Shown here: positions 21,901 through 33,900 of the stretch, one piece after another
Position numbering within the stretch: the stretch's first letter is position 1
How the letters are laid out: every line of letters begins with the position of its first letter
Source: Chiloscyllium plagiosum
Taxonomy: Eukaryota
Assembly: GCF_004010195.1 (NCBI RefSeq)
Contig: NC_057751.1
Span: forward strand, 637,248-697,548
Reading direction: 5' to 3'
Length of the DNA stretch: 60,301 nucleotides
Notes under the pieces: generated by a model
Told to the model about the DNA's origin: nothing
Databases searched by the model: none
Seen by the model: only the letters and a program-made list of their open reading frames with translations
Translations under genes and position numbers: made by a program

Positions 21901-24900
21901 GGATGGTTGAGATAGTTTTATGACTTCTTTCAATTCTCATTCTTGGACTGTTAACCTCAACTTCTTCCCAGTTCTAAAAACTGAAAACATCTTTGCAAAC
22001 TCTCATAGGTTGAATAAGTTTCTGGCCTTTTAAAAATAAACTACATTCACAAAATTGAAACCAAAATTCATCTGCCTCAATTTTAGAAACTGAGTTCCAA
22101 AATTAACCATTATATATATTTATCACACTAACCAGCAACTGCCTGGAACATATAATCCGATCAGGCTGGCGTGCAATGTACTAGGTGGTCAAATGTCACA
22201 CCAATTAAGCTTCAAAAGACCTGCAAATGCTCCAAGGTGGAGGTTTGAGGGACTGGGTGTGGGACAGGGAAATATATGTGGGATGGGGAGATTATGTTTG
22301 AGATGGGGAAAATTAGAAGGGCATGGAGAGTGAGACTGTGGAACAGATCGAGTGGATAAGGGATGGTGAGTTTGGGTGTAAGTAGGAGAGAGTGTGTGTG
22401 GAATAGGGAGAATAAGAGGGGGACAGGTAGAGCGGGTGAGGAATGGGGAAGGTGGGTGTGTGTTTGGAAGATAAAAGTGAATGTGGGTAAATTCCAGTTT
22501 TGCTTCAGCAGTGGCTGTTTAGTCTGATAGAGGTGAAAATGTGTTGCTGGAAAAGCGCAGCAGGTCAGGCAGCATCCAGGGAACAGGAGAATCGACGTTT
22601 CGGGCATAAGCCCTTCTTCCTGAAGAAGGGCTTATGCCCGAAACGTCGATTCTCCTGTTCCCTGGATGCTGCCTGACCTGCTGCGCTTTTCCAGCAACAC
22701 ATTTTCAGCTCTGATCTCCAGCATCTGCAGACCTCACTTTCTCCTCCTAGTCTGATAGAGGAACAAGTGTGGAGCTCCATCAAACCTCTGCCTTCAATTA
22801 CCCTTCCAGGTTCATGGAAGTGGGTCCCAAGATCAATTCACTGTTATCCTTCTAATGCGACTCATGTCTCTTTGACAGGTAATGATGGTATTCTTACTGA
22901 GCTTTGGCTCCCTTTTCATCTACTTCGTCACATCAATAGAGTAAGTATTGTATTGGAGAAAGAAACTGAGAGGGTGCTGTTGATGCTTGCTGGGCTTCCT
23001 TATGAGGACGTTGGGAGACTTGGTGACTTTGCCCATTTTAAAAGGACAATGCCCATCCCTCATTATTATTTGCTCACTGCAATCTGCACAATACTGCCAA
23101 CGTGACACAGGTTTGCGCAAGCCCTTATCTTTGCATAATTGCCTCCCTATTGGCTTTGTGAGGATTGGTCTCACAGGCAAGTGCACACTCACATATTGTT
23201 CAACAGGATCTCCCCTTAAATAGGACTGAACTGCCACAGATGTGAAGGCTGCAATGTGAGGTCAAGATACCCAAAGGTTGTTAATCACTGTTCGAATGGA
23301 CTGATGCTGTACAACCTTTTGCAATTCATGGAATTCTAACTTGGAGTTCTTCACCCACTATTAATTTAAGGGTGTCTTGTGCCAGATAATCTGAGTGAAA
23401 ATTGGAGGAGTTAAAACAGTTGTCCTTATTTAGCATTGCTCCGTTTAACATTATTTCACTTGAATTTGTTTTTTTTTAGGGCCTGTTTCTTTCTGCTTTT
23501 TTGGTATTTCCAGATTTACATTTTTACATTAATTCATGGGATATAGTTGTATCTAGCTAGGCCAGCAAGTATTGCCCACATCCAATGTTCAGAGTTGAAC
23601 GTATAGCTGTGGGTCTGAACTCACATGTAGGCCAGGCTAGGCCAGTTAAGAAGATTTCCTTCCCTAAAGGACATTAACGAAACAGGTTGGTTTTCACAAT
23701 GACTGACAGTGGTTGCAGGGTCGCAATTAGGCATACTTTTAATTCCAGTTTTTACTGAATTCAAATTTCACTATCGGCCATAGTGCAATGCAAATCCATG
23801 AGTCCAGAATATGAAACACACACAGAGAATGCTGGAGAAACTATGTCGGACTGGCAGCACTGGTGACCAGAAAGGTAACATTTCCAGTCCAATTTGGCTC
23901 TTCTTCTGAACACATATATTGGACTGAAAGGGTTAAGTTTTGTTTCTCTCTCTTAACAGGTGCTGCCAATCCTGCAGTTTCTCCAGAATTCTTTGTGTTT
24001 GATTCTAATTTCCAGTGTCTGCAGTATTTTGCTTTTGTAGGTTGCAATGGGATATTGACAGGATGCAGAGCTGGGCTGATAAGTGGCAGATGGAGTTCAA
24101 CCTGGAAAAGTGTGAAGTGATTCACTTTGGAATGAAGAATATAGGTTTAAAGGCAAGATTCTTGGCAGTGTGGAGGAACAGAGGGATTTTGGGGTCCATA
24201 TCCATAGATCACTCAAAGTTGCCATCCGGGTTGGTAGGGTTGTTAAGAAGGCGTGTGGTGTGTTGGCTTTCATTAGCAGGGGGACTGAGGTTATGCTGCA
24301 GCTCTCGAGAGTCCTGGTTTGACCACACTTGGAATATTGTGTTCAGTTCTGGTTGCCTCATTATAGGAAGGATGTGAAAGCTTTAGAGATGGAACAGAGG
24401 AGTTTTACCAGGATGCTGCCTGGACTTGTCAGCCATAGTTGCCTCATCCTCCCCTTAGTAGAACGTGGAAATCTCACAGCTTTTTTGAAAGGCAAAAAGA
24501 AATGAATGGAAGAGTGTTTGTAGCTTGCAGACTCGTAAAACTCTCCCAGCATGAGTCAGAGGCAGAAGTGTTGCAACAGCAGTGTGCTTTGATGAAGATG
24601 TGGTATCAGTAACTATCACACCAGGATGCTCCTTAGGACTCAAACATTAGTGACTTGGGGTATTTCACAAGATTCAGCAAAAGAAAAGATCATTCTTAAT
24701 GAATTATTGTAGATCTTTTTCATGAAATGAAATGATAAGTGCAACAATACTATGTTATATTGAACATTGTTTAAACTGAAAACGACATATGTCACTTTAT
24801 GAGTATAGATATGGATTATGGAGCACTAGTACAGTGTATCTGTGGTATTCAGTAAGTTATTTTAGCTAGGAGGGCACAGTACTGGTGTTCAGTAGTTCAA

Positions 24901-27900
24901 CTTGAATACTGGCTGCTCCAGTAAAGAACCTAATTCCGGTTTTCCTGTGGGATTTCCTATTCGGATCTACGGTTCACTCAAGAAAGGAAGCGCTAAGTAA
25001 AATGAGAATTATCTGTGTCTAGTTATCAGGTCCTCTCAAATTCTCCCTCCTCTTTTCAAGAAACTGGCAAAATTATTTATCTCACAGCAAAATGCTGGAC
25101 CCTTCTATTTTGATGAATGCTTGGTGAATTTTTTCTTGGTGTAGATAAAAAGAGAGTTAAGTGAGATTGTGGGGAGAGAAAATTTGAAGCAGAACTTTGA
25201 TTCAATGAATTGAACATGCTGTTCCCTTTCTGCAGGAGTAATGAAAGCACAAAAGTGGTTCTGAGCACTCTACAGATGGTTGATCTATGCTTTAATGCAT
25301 TCTTTTTATTTTACTTTGGAATGCGTGTAAGTAATTTTCTGTCATTTGAATCTAAGTGGAAATCAGTCTCATTTCAATGCACTATCATCCCTGAAAAGAA
25401 AGACCCACATTTCAGCAGTATATTTCTCAATGTCAGGACATCCCAAGTTGCAATGAAGCACACTTTGAAGAGCAGCCAGTTTGCACGTAGCAAAATCCCA
25501 CAATCAAAACCTGGTTCCATGCTTTTGTGGTGTTGGTGGAGGGATAAATACTGGCCAATTCAAAAGGGAGAACTTACCTGCTCTTTTGCTCATAATGCCA
25601 TGGAATCTTTTGTGTGCGGGTGAGAGAGCAGGTAGAGCTGTTGTTAACATTCCTCATCTGAAAGGCAGCATTTGCTAGTGCGATATTCCCTCAGCACTGT
25701 AATGGGGAGAATCAACTTTCTTTGCAACCCAGAGGTGAGACCACTACTCACTGAGTCACAGCTTATAAACATCACGAAATCCCACTCTTAAGACTTGAGC
25801 ACAACACTGAGGTTAACATTCCCAGCCCACAAATGCCTCTAATTTTTTTTAACAAAGTAATTCATGTGGTGTGGGCATCATCACTGGATAGTCAGCATTT
25901 ATTGCCCATTTCTAATTGCCCGAGAGAAGGTGGTTGTGAGCTGCCTTCTTGACGGCTGAGTTTGATTTGGTGGAGTGGAACACACAATGCTGTTCGGGAA
26001 AGAGTTCCAAAAGTTTGACTCAGCAGCACTGATGGAATGGCGATATACTTCCAAGTCAGGATGGTGAGTGGCTTGGAGGAGAATCTATTAGGGCAGGTGC
26101 TCCAATGTATCTGCTGTCCTAGTCCTTCTGGATAGAAGTGGTTGAGGCTTTTAAAGGTGCTGTCTAAGATACGTCAGTGTGTCTTGTGGACAGTACATAC
26201 TGCTACTACTGAGCATGAGATGGAGGTAGTAAATGTTAGTGGGTGTGGTGCCAGTCAAACAGACTACGTTGTTTGGATGTGTCAAGCTCCTTGAGTGTGC
26301 TTGAACTGCATCCACCCAGGAAAGTGGAGAGTATTCCATCACGCCTGACTTATGCCTTGCAGATGGTGGACAGGCTTTGACGAGTCAGAGGTGAGTTCCC
26401 ACTGCCCCTAACCTGCTCTTGTAGCCACAGTTTACATATGGCCAGTCCAGTTCAATTTCTGCTCAATGCTAACCCTGAAGATGTTGAAAACTTATTTACA
26501 AATCCCTCTAGATTTTCACCATGCCCTTGCTTTGCTATCTCCTCCAGCCCTAAAACCATCATAAATCTCCATAAATCAAAGATTAGGGAGAGGGAGACAT
26601 CATTCAATACTCCTACCTCTTGTTACGATTGAGTGATCCCTAGCTGGCAGTTACTGGGAGACTTTGGCCTGAAGATTACCTGTTTGTTATTTATCCACAA
26701 CAGTTCATTGCAGCACAAGACAAGTTTCAGTTCTGGTTTGAGCTCAACTCTGTCGTGGACTTCTTCACTATCCCTCCAGTTATCGTCGCACTCTATTTCC
26801 GTAAGGACTGTATTGGTGAGTGTGCAAATAGAAAGGTGGTTTACTTTTTCTCACTCCCTCTTAGGCAGCCATCACCCCAGATTTAAGATATTCATGTTGC
26901 CTTCTTATTAATGATTTCCTGAAACCATCTGTTATTCCGATAACCCAGAGGTAGTTACTTTTTGCTGGAATAATCCGGAAACTCTGGAAATCTACTCTGA
27001 GGAAACTAGGAGTTCTGGAAAAGCAGGCCGAGAGCAGTGAATCAGATTGTTATCACCTTTTTCAGATGTAATTCTCCTGGAGTCTTGATGGTATGTCTTG
27101 TGTTTGAATTATCATGGTAACACTAGCTAATCTCTCCTGTTAAATCAACAGATGATATTTTTGACACTGGAGTTTTGATAAGTGAAAAGAACTCTAAGAA
27201 TGTCGTCTACTGGAAGTGCTGACCCAACTAGGCAGCTATCAGGGGAGCTGGGCTGGCAAGATTTCAGATCCCCACCATAGTAAATTGTAAAATGAAATTT
27301 AATTAATGTGCTCTTTTGTCAGTTAACAACAGAAAATGTCAGGCAGCTTCTATCCAGATTTCATTCAACCTGATGAACCCAAGCTGTCAGTTATCATTTC
27401 GGTTCACCCTGACTGGCATCTCAATCTTTCAGGCACAAAGGAAGGTTGGGGTGATTGTCTTGTTTTGCATTATTTTTCCAGGCTTGAGGTTCATGAGGTC
27501 TCTTCGCTTGCTGCAATTACCTGAAATCCTACAATACCTCCGGATTCTGAAGAGAAAGTAAGTTCAGTTGTGACTGGTCAAATTGATATCAACTTGGGAA
27601 AGTAATGTCATCCAATGACTAGATTGCCAGAGGATGTCAAATACTGATCGCAAGAATCACCTGATGAATCCTTACTTTGTCTTTGCAGTCATTTTTCATG
27701 TTAGTGTGAAAGGCCTAACTGATTACTCACAAAAAAATCTGCAGATGCCAGACTTTGACTGACTGAGTTTGGAACACAAAGGGAAGTGTACAATGCTTGA
27801 GAGCCTTGATCAGACCACATCAGGAGTTGTGCAAACTGGACAGAGAGTCACAAAGTTTTAGGCCCATCATGTCTCTGCTACTCATAAATCATTGTCTACT

Positions 27901-30900
27901 CTTGTTCCATTTTATCACAACTGGCCCATAGAGTATGGCCCAATTGCGATAAAATGGAACAAGAGTAGATAGTGCATTATGAGTAGCAGAGACATGATGG
28001 GCCTAAAACTCTGTGACTCTCTGGCCTGTTGCATTGCCTAGGCTAGTATTGTTTGGGGCAAAGAGGGTATAGTGGTGATATTTTTGTGGTGCTGAAACTA
28101 TGAAAAGAATTCAAAAGGACAGCTTGAGAGATTTGATTTCTTCACAATCCTCAAAGTAATGTGAAGAAGTTCTGGATGGATCTAGGTGTTTTTTGGGTGA
28201 GGGTCCAAATTAAGGAGGCTAATGTATTTCAGGTCCAGATCAGACATGAATGCATTAACAGGGTTTCAGTTCAGCACTGAAAGGTCAGCACCTATGATTA
28301 CCAGCACTCCCTCAGTCAAACTGGAGTGGAGATTAAACCTATGGCCCTCGGAAGCAGAGGTTAGAGCACTGCCTGGTGAGCTCAACCAGCTCCTGAAGGT
28401 TTAAATCTTGGGCCCTCTGGAGGAGAAGAGGGAAACAATTGATAGAGAAAACAGATAAGCATTGTGTTATATTTCTGTAACTCACCATTTAACTTTCTTC
28501 TGAATCTTTTAACTTTGCAGTTCAAAAATCAAATTGGCAAGTCTGCTGTCTGTGTTTCTGGGCACATGGTTCACGGCTGCTGGCTTCATACACATAGTAA
28601 GTTCACAATCTGGCAATTCAGCGCCTCAAACTAAAATGCATCCAGTCATTTTCACAAGAATGCCACGTGTCACACATTTTTGGTAATAGATCTTGGCGTT
28701 ATTAACAACAAAGACATCTACATTTAACTATAGGAAGAGGGCCTGTGTGGATCATGGTCGAGAGGAAAATAGATTGTCAGTCAGTCAAAGAAGGTGAGAT
28801 TTGTAAGTTGTTATCTGTACAGGAATCATAAAAGGTTGCTTTTAATGATAGACTTAAAGGAAGAAGGGGGGAAGCTGAGAAATTTACCAAAGCACAGCAC
28901 GGTGGCTCGGTGGTTAGTACTGCTGCCTCACAGTGCCAGGGACATGGGTTCGATTCCAGCCTCAGGCAATTGTCTCTGTGTGGAGTTGGTACATTCTCCC
29001 CGTGTCTGCCTGGGTTTCTTCCCACAGGTGTGCAGTTTAGCATCGATTGGCTACGCTAAATTGCCGATAGTGTCCAGGGATGTGCAAGCGATGTGGATTA
29101 GCAATGTATAAGGAGGGTTACAGGGATAGGGTAGGGGGATGGGATGTTCTTTGGAGGGTTGGTGTGGTCTGACTGGTCTGCTTCCACATTGTAAGGATTC
29201 TAACAATTCCACAGCAAAGTGCCCTATGCTCTGCCCTTTGATGGGACCAGAGTGCTGGGGAAGATTCTGGAATCAGTAAGTTGTGTGATGAGATGGGTTA
29301 CAGAGCTGGAGCAGGTTCAAGGGAGAGGGAGGAGAGATTGAGGCCACAGAAGGTTTGAGCACAAGGCGTTGGAGAAGCAATAGTCAGCGAGATAAAGTGA
29401 TGAATAAGTGGAGCATCATGTGGGATTGAGCTTGTTCAGCATGGAAACTGTAAACAGTTGCAGATTGTTCAGTCGTTTTGTACTCCTCAGGAAGAGCTGG
29501 AGTTTGATTTCCCATTCTGCACCTGCATTCTTTGCCCCTGCCCCATTGAAGGTGGGTGCCTTGCCTGTGGCATGATGACAGTTATTCTTCACAGAATAAG
29601 AGTGAAGAAGGCGATCATATTTAAAGATTGAAGGATATTGTGAGTAATTTTACTCACCTCCAAGGGTTCATCTTTGTTATAATATTTCTCTAAGGTGAAT
29701 GTTGATCTGAAGAAATTCCTTACATGACTGTCATTAATTGTTATGATCTTTGTTTTAAGATTGAAAATTCAGGAGACCCCTGGCTCACAGAACCCAATGA
29801 ACAAAGTTTAACCTACTGGCAGTGTGTCTATCTCCTCATGGTCACCATGTCTACTGTCGGATATGGTGACTTGATTGTCAAAACTACAGTCGGCCAGGTC
29901 TTCATGGTATTCTTCATCATTTTGGGCTTGGTAAATCAATTCCTTTATTTTACTCTGTCTGTGATGTCAACGTCTCTCGCCTCAAATGTGCCTTGTGAAT
30001 CCAACAATGATTAATGGATTCATTTTTCTCTCTGTCTGACGGGACAATTATTACTGAACTTGGCGTCACACTATTGCTCTCAGTCAGCAGCCATACCTGC
30101 TTTCCTCCCCATTGAGGTAAACAGCACAGATACTTTTCAGATGATGCTTGAGAAACACATGAGTAACAAAAGGAAAGATGGTTATGCTGAAAGTTACGAC
30201 GGACAGAGGTGGGAAAGGCTTATGTGGATTGCAGTATAAACAACACAGACCCTTTGGATTACAGAGGAACCTTAATAATCCAAAAGACATGTTCGGATAA
30301 TCGAATGCCAGATAATCGAATGCCGGATAATTGAGGTTCCTCTGTAATGGTCTCTTGCTGTTCTGTAGACTGGAAAGAATCTGAAGATTGTCAATTCAAG
30401 TCTCAGTCTACAAAGTGGAGCATAAGGCTGAAGGACTTCACCTGACAAAGGGAAGTGCTCCGAAAACTTGCGATTTCAAAATAACCTGTTGTCCTATAAC
30501 CTGGTGTCGTGTAATTTCTGGCCTTGTCCACCCCAGTCCAACACCAGCACCTCCACATCAGCTCCATCAGACGTATCAGAGAACAATTGGTGGGCGGCAC
30601 GGTGGCAGAGTGGTTAGCACTACTGCCTCACAGCGCTAGAGACCCGGGTTCAATTCCCGCCTCAGGCGACTGACTGTGTGGAGTTTGCATGTTCTCTCCG
30701 TGTCTGTGTGGGTTTCCTCCGGGTGCTCCGGTTTCCTCCCACAGTCCAAAGATGTGCAGGTCAGGTGAATTGGCCATGCTAAATTGCCCGTAGTGTTAGG
30801 TAAGGGGTAAATGTAGGGGAATGGGTGGGTTGCGCTTCGGCGGGGCGGTGTGGACCTGTTGGGCCGAAGGGCCTGTTTCCACACTGTAAGTAATCTAATC

Positions 30901-33900
30901 TAATCTAATTATTCTAGGTTAGCTGATTATTACATATCCTTTAACCAATATTCATAAAACTGATTATATGATCATTATCACATTGTGATTTGTGGGAGCT
31001 TGCTGTATGCAAATTCACTGCTCTGTTACCTACAATATTACTTCAAAAGTACTCCATTGGCAGTGGAATGCTTTGGGATCTCCCAGTCAAGAAAGTCATT
31101 GCAGAAGTGCAAATCTTTCTTTCATCCTTTCTCTGCAAAATGCGAGCGATATCCTCTGGTTTATATATGGTACAATTGCAGAAATGGCTGACAGCTTTGA
31201 AATGAAAGTAATTAAACATTTAAAATCTTGTCAACACTAACAGGCTTTATTTGCGAGTCATGTCCCTGAGATTATAGAAATTATTGGGAGCCATCGGAAA
31301 TATACTGGGAAATACAGCCACTTCACAGGTAAAAAGTGAGTATTCGCCATCGCTTTTCTTCACACTTTTTCTTGATGAGGTTGGTCTTTTGATTGATTTA
31401 TCTGCAAACATTTACTGGGTCATCCAAATCCAGTTGAAATTTTGAAGGGGTGCAGGTTTCAGTGTCATTTGATCAATGGGAGATATAAAATTAGCCAGGC
31501 TTCCTGTTCTTGCAGGCTATCCAGGGACTGCTGCTGTGACAGTGTTGTGGCTGTTGCTGGGAAAATCACTAGCCTCAGAGTCAGTCGGGGTTCAACAACA
31601 GAGTTTACTGTACTAGGAAATACCAGAGCTCCAGGGAGAGAGAGAGAGAGAGACACCAACAGCACAGTGGTCAGCTGTGAGTCTTCTCTCAACCCGGAGC
31701 ACATGTCAAGAAACATTTATACATCTTGTGATACAATAGGTCAGTGATGAGATTATTATCTTTGTAACATGGTTTGTTTATGGCAATCATTGCAGAATCA
31801 TTGACAGTTTCAATACAGTCTTTGTCAGTTCCAGTGCAGCGTTTGTTAACTTCCATGTGGTCATTGTCAGTTTCAATGTCTGCACAGAAGTCCATTGCTG
31901 TGGTAATGGGCGCTAATCACTCTTCCTGAAAAGGACGATTACTGCAGCCCTGGCCATTAGCACTTTGTATTGAGTGTGTATCAAGCTGTTAGCATTTCTA
32001 TAAGAGGTATTGGCTGGACCCAGACATTTCGGCAGGTATTGTTCGTTACTCATGTGTATTCTCTCCCCACCACCCGTCTGAAACTAATCAAATGGGTTGT
32101 GAGTGCATTGTGCTGGCATTCCGGTGGCCCCAGGTAGTGTCTGTGTTTGCTCTGCTGTCTCTCTCCATATTGTGGTCCGGCGGCCATCTCGTGAGTCAAG
32201 TTGGCCAACTGATGGCTCAGCGGTCATCATGTGTGTCCATGTGCCTAATGTCACCCTGCCCCATGCCATCTCCCTCTTCATGGCTGTCAGAGGAAGGGGT
32301 GACCAGCACAATCAAAGTTTACCAGGCCAGATATTTTTCATGCATATCACACACACAAACATTTGTATGATTGGCTGAGATTTTGTATCCCCAAAACAAC
32401 AGCAAATCATAACTCAGAATGGGAAGAAGTTGCCACTGGGAGGTTGCCAGTGAGAATCATCAGTTAAAAGATTTTCAACAACCAGGGTCAGTGCAGAGCC
32501 AGGAATTCAGTACTCCTCATCATACTGTTCAAATCTCAATTCCTACTATCCCATACACTTTATTTCTCCAGTTAACAGGGGCAAACCTTGATGAGATGTG
32601 GCATACAAACCCAGTATTGTAAAGAGAATGTGGCAACTGATTGTGTCATTATTACCATGACCTGTGGTTTACCTTTGTCCTTTTATGGACGGCACAGTGG
32701 CACAGTGGTTAGCACTGTTACCTCACAGTGCCAGAGACCCGGGTTCAATTCCTGCCTCAGGCAACTGTCTATGTGGAGTTTGCACATTCTCCCCGTGTCT
32801 GCGTGGATTTCCTCTGGGTGCTCCGGTTTCCTCCCACATTCAAAAAATGTGCAGGTTAGGCCATGCTAAATTGCCCGTAGCGTTAGGTGAAGGGGTAAAT
32901 GTGGGGGAATGGGTCTAGGTGGGTCGGTGTGGACTTGTTGGGCCGAAGGGCCTGTTTCCACACTGGAAGTAATCTAATCCAAACATGCAGTGGGGCAGCA
33001 TTTTCTGGGTGAACAGGAACTACAATGGATGATTAAGTTAGTGAGAGATGATTGGTACAATAAAGCAGAAGAAGACATGCTTTAGCATTTCTGTCTTGAA
33101 TATCCAATCCCACCACCCCACGCTCAATGAGCTGCTGACATGTTGTGCAAATGAAAACTAGGATGATTCAACACTGGGATTTTATTCCTGCCTCCTTCTT
33201 TTCCTCTTGTACAGTCTATTGTGTCCATTCCTGAGCTGATCTCTTTTACTCTCCAGTGAATTCAGTAAGAGTTAGAATCGAATCAAACCCCTACAGTGTG
33301 GAAACAGGCTATCTGGCCCAATACATCCACACCGACTCTGAGCATTTCACCCAGGCTTGCCCCCCTCCTCTGTCCCTGTAACCCTACATTCTCCATGGCT
33401 AATCCACCTAACCTACACAGCTTTACACTGTGAGAGGAAACCGGAGCATCTGAAAGAAACCCACGCAGACACAGGCAAAATGCGCAAACTCCACACAGAC
33501 AGTTGCCCAAGTCTGGAATTGAACTTGGCTCGCTAGCACTGTAAGGCAACAATGCTGACCACTGAGCCATCATGCTGCCCCAACAGCTGTTCTACTCATG
33601 GAAAATCTCCAAGGGAGAGTGACGACAAAACCAGATTCAGAAAGAACAAAGAAATGACCTACAGCTCAAGTGTAGTGTGATTGTGAAGCCTTTCACCTTT
33701 GTGTGCGATCTGTTGCAGATATGTTATAGTCTGTGGTCACATTACTCGGAACAGTATCCATGATTTTCTGAAGGATTTCACTCGTAAAGAAAAAGAGGAA
33801 AGTTTAACAGACATTGTAGTTATGGAGAAGTAAGTTCTGAATGCTGATAAGTACCCTTTTTCCTAGCTTCCTTGTAAGATTTGAAATGTATTTCAAAAGA

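Noticed and set aside
30141..30208. Possible alternative exon 9 (cag|[22 protein letters not shown]|gtggga, phase 0-2)
   Set aside because: Lacks the S6 PEIIE segment, has weak splice signals, and the resemblance to the RKKY linker is probably chance
31329..31334. Competing donor CAG|gtaaaa inside exon 9
   Set aside because: Use would shift the frame by 7 nt; the gtgagt donor at 31336 gives the homologous 92-nt exon
31990..32380. Unique-looking, moderately GC-rich intronic stretch with overlapping short ORFs
   Set aside because: No homology or convincing splice sites; conservation data would be needed to call an enhancer
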